Made by a program: the position numbers and the translations under genes
Part shown: positions 58,713 to 60,194 of the stretch, piece after piece
Numbering within the stretch: position 1 is the stretch's first letter
How the letters are laid out: every line of letters begins with the position of its first letter
The notes under the pieces: model-generated
Told to the model about the DNA's origin: nothing
The model's input: the letters and a program-made list of their open reading frames with translations, nothing else
The model's database searches: none
Source: a bacterium
Lineage (GTDB): Bacteria; Bacteroidota; Bacteroidia; Bacteroidales; UBA932
Direction of reading: 5' to 3'
Length of the DNA stretch: 60,194 bases
NCBI GenBank assembly: GCA_963619595.1
Contig: CAVEYE010000042.1
Span: 1-60,194, forward strand

Positions 58713-59183
58713 TCAGATGGTGGTGTTGTAGATCTTCTCGGCCTGGGCCTTGCGGTAGGCATCGAGTTTCTCCGAGACTCCGGCGTCCTGGAGAGCGAGG
58801 ATCTCGGCAGCGAGGATGGCCGCGTTCTTGGCGCCGCCGATAGCGACAGTGGCTACCGGAATGCCGGTCGGCATCTGCACCATCGACAGGAGAGAGTCAA
58901 GGCCGCCGAGGTTCCTGGTGGCCATCGGAACGGCGATCACCGGCAGAGTGGTGAGTCCTGCGGCCACGCCGGCGAGATGGGCGGCTCCGCCCGCTCCGGC
59001 GATCACGACACCGAAGCCGCGTCCCTTGAGGCCTTTTGTGTACTCGAACATAAGTTCCGGAGTCCGGTGGGCGCTGATGACCCTTTTCTCGAACTCGATT
59101 CCGAAATCAGCGAGGATCTGCTCGGCTCCCGACATCACCTCATAGTCACTGGTGGAGCCCATTATGATTGCTACTTTAAGCAT
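58713..59183 (-). CDS. purE: N5-carboxyaminoimidazole ribonucleotide mutase
   Basis: IMGSTSD, SAHRTP, AGAGGAAHL, MVQMPTGIPVATV. Confidence 0.96.
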   Translation of the reverse strand: MLKVAIIMGSTSDYEVMSGAEQILADFGIEFEKRVISAHRTPELMFEYTKGLKGRGFGVVIAGAGGAAHLAGVAAGLTTLPVIAVPMATRNLGGLDSLLSMVQMPTGIPVATVAIGGAKNAAILAAEILALQDAGVSEKLDAYRKAQAEKIYNTTI

Positions 59184-59223
59184 AGTTTGATTGTTGTTTC
59201 CCGTTGTTGTTTGAAGTTGTTTC

Positions 59224-60189
59224 TCAGACATTGGTCCAGTGGATCCGGATGCCATCCTTCTCCATTCCTCTGAACCAGGTCATCTGCCGTTTGGCGAACT
59301 GGTGGATCGCATTGGCGAGCAGGGTGTGCATCTCGTCCCAGGAGAGGACTCCGAGGACGTACTGAGTGACGAACTTATACTCAAGTCCGTAGTACACAAG
59401 GTCTTCCGGGCGGATTCCGCTCGCGAGCAGCCCTTTGACCTCCTCGACCATTCCGCAGGCGAGCCTCTCGTCCAGCCTCCTGTCGATCCTCGCCACCCTT
59501 TCTTCCCGGCTGACCAGAGTCCCGATGTAGTACGGATTCTTGGGCAGGAAACTTGTCCTGCGGACAGGATGCTCCTTTTCGTAGACCGCCACTTCCAAGG
59601 CTCTGATTATCCTGCGTTTGGACTGGAGGACACCCTCGTCAGGAAGCGGCCCGTAGGCCTTCAGCCTCTCGATGAGGGCCGGGGAGTCGTACTGTTCGAG
59701 TTCTTCTCTCAATTCCTCGTCCGGAGGCACCTGCGGCAAGGTGTAGCCACAGGTCGCGGCTTGAATGTAGAGTCCTGTGCCGCCGCACAGGATCGGAGTC
59801 CTGCCTCTGTCCCGGATGTCCTTGTAGGCCTGCTCAAAGGCCTGCTGCCATTGGTAGAGGTCGAACCTTGTACCAGCAGGAGCGATGTCGATAAGGTGGT
59901 ACGGCACATCCCCGTACTCCGCGAGATCTTTCCCTGTCCCGATGTCCATCCCTTTGTAGACCTGCCTTGAATCGGCCGAGAGGATTTCTCCGCCGCATTT
60001 CCCAGCCAGGTCCACAGCATACCGCGTTTTGCCGGAAGCCGTCGGCCCCAGCACGACGATCAAATCGATGGCTCCGGAAGCATATTCATTGAATATGCCT
60101 CCGAAGTCGATTTCTTCAGGTTCGGGGAGGGGAGCCGGTGGAGGGATCGGAATGGCTTCCCTCAGCTTGTTCTGAGGTTTCCTTCCCAT
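59224..60189 (-). CDS. miaA: tRNA dimethylallyltransferase homologue (start uncertain)
   Basis: LGPTASGKT, SADSRQVYKGMDIGTGK, CGGTGLY, FAKRQMTWFR. Confidence 0.9.
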   Translation of the reverse strand: MGRKPQNKLREAIPIPPPAPLPEPEEIDFGGIFNEYASGAIDLIVVLGPTASGKTRYAVDLAGKCGGEILSADSRQVYKGMDIGTGKDLAEYGDVPYHLIDIAPAGTRFDLYQWQQAFEQAYKDIRDRGRTPILCGGTGLYIQAATCGYTLPQVPPDEELREELEQYDSPALIERLKAYGPLPDEGVLQSKRRIIRALEVAVYEKEHPVRRTSFLPKNPYYIGTLVSREERVARIDRRLDERLACGMVEEVKGLLASGIRPEDLVYYGLEYKFVTQYVLGVLSWDEMHTLLANAIHQFAKRQMTWFRGMEKDGIRIHWTNV

Positions 60190-60194
60190 CCGTT

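Noticed and set aside
58713..59183. purE without adjacent purK
   Set aside because: Common in anaerobes from CO2-rich habitats; absence cannot be judged from one window
59184..59223. AAACAAC repeats upstream of purE
   Set aside because: Best explained as an unstructured A-rich translation initiation region

Overview
Core chromosomal segment of a GC-rich Bacteroidales bacterium (inferred from the TTTG-N18/19-TAnnTTTG promoters, Bacteroidota-type gene families and AT-rich intergenic DNA). In order: tRNA-Thr (cut by the window edge), dxs, two tandem MFSD1-like transporters, a compact diaminopimelate operon (M20/DapE-like, lysC, dapB, dapA, dapD, dapF), a DUF4465-like lipoprotein, rimM-rpsP, tRNA-Leu, pheS, a 12.7 kb six-gene locus (C69 dipeptidase, non-SusC TonB-dependent transporter, DUF4876-like lipoprotein, DUF6850-like beta-barrel, M16 protease, S46 dipeptidyl-peptidase), an N-domain-less ClpB with a sigma54-type promoter and palindrome downstream of a sigma54 activator-lptE-TPR-secG cluster, an OmpA/TPR lipoprotein, a GH3, tRNA-Gly, pnuC, acpP, a DUF4270-like/GT5 pair, ftsX-DUF3098-uppP-lpxH, a DUF4294-like gene, a ribosomal protein operon running rplP to rplQ that starts at rplP with its own promoter, a membrane pyrophosphatase, a LacI regulator, purE and a miaA homologue. 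No mobile elements, prophage or CRISPR arrays were seen. The best candidate for an undescribed system is the TBDT/DUF4876/DUF6850/three-peptidase locus, a probable protein or peptide import-and-degradation system. All family assignments are from motif recognition by eye, not database searches.
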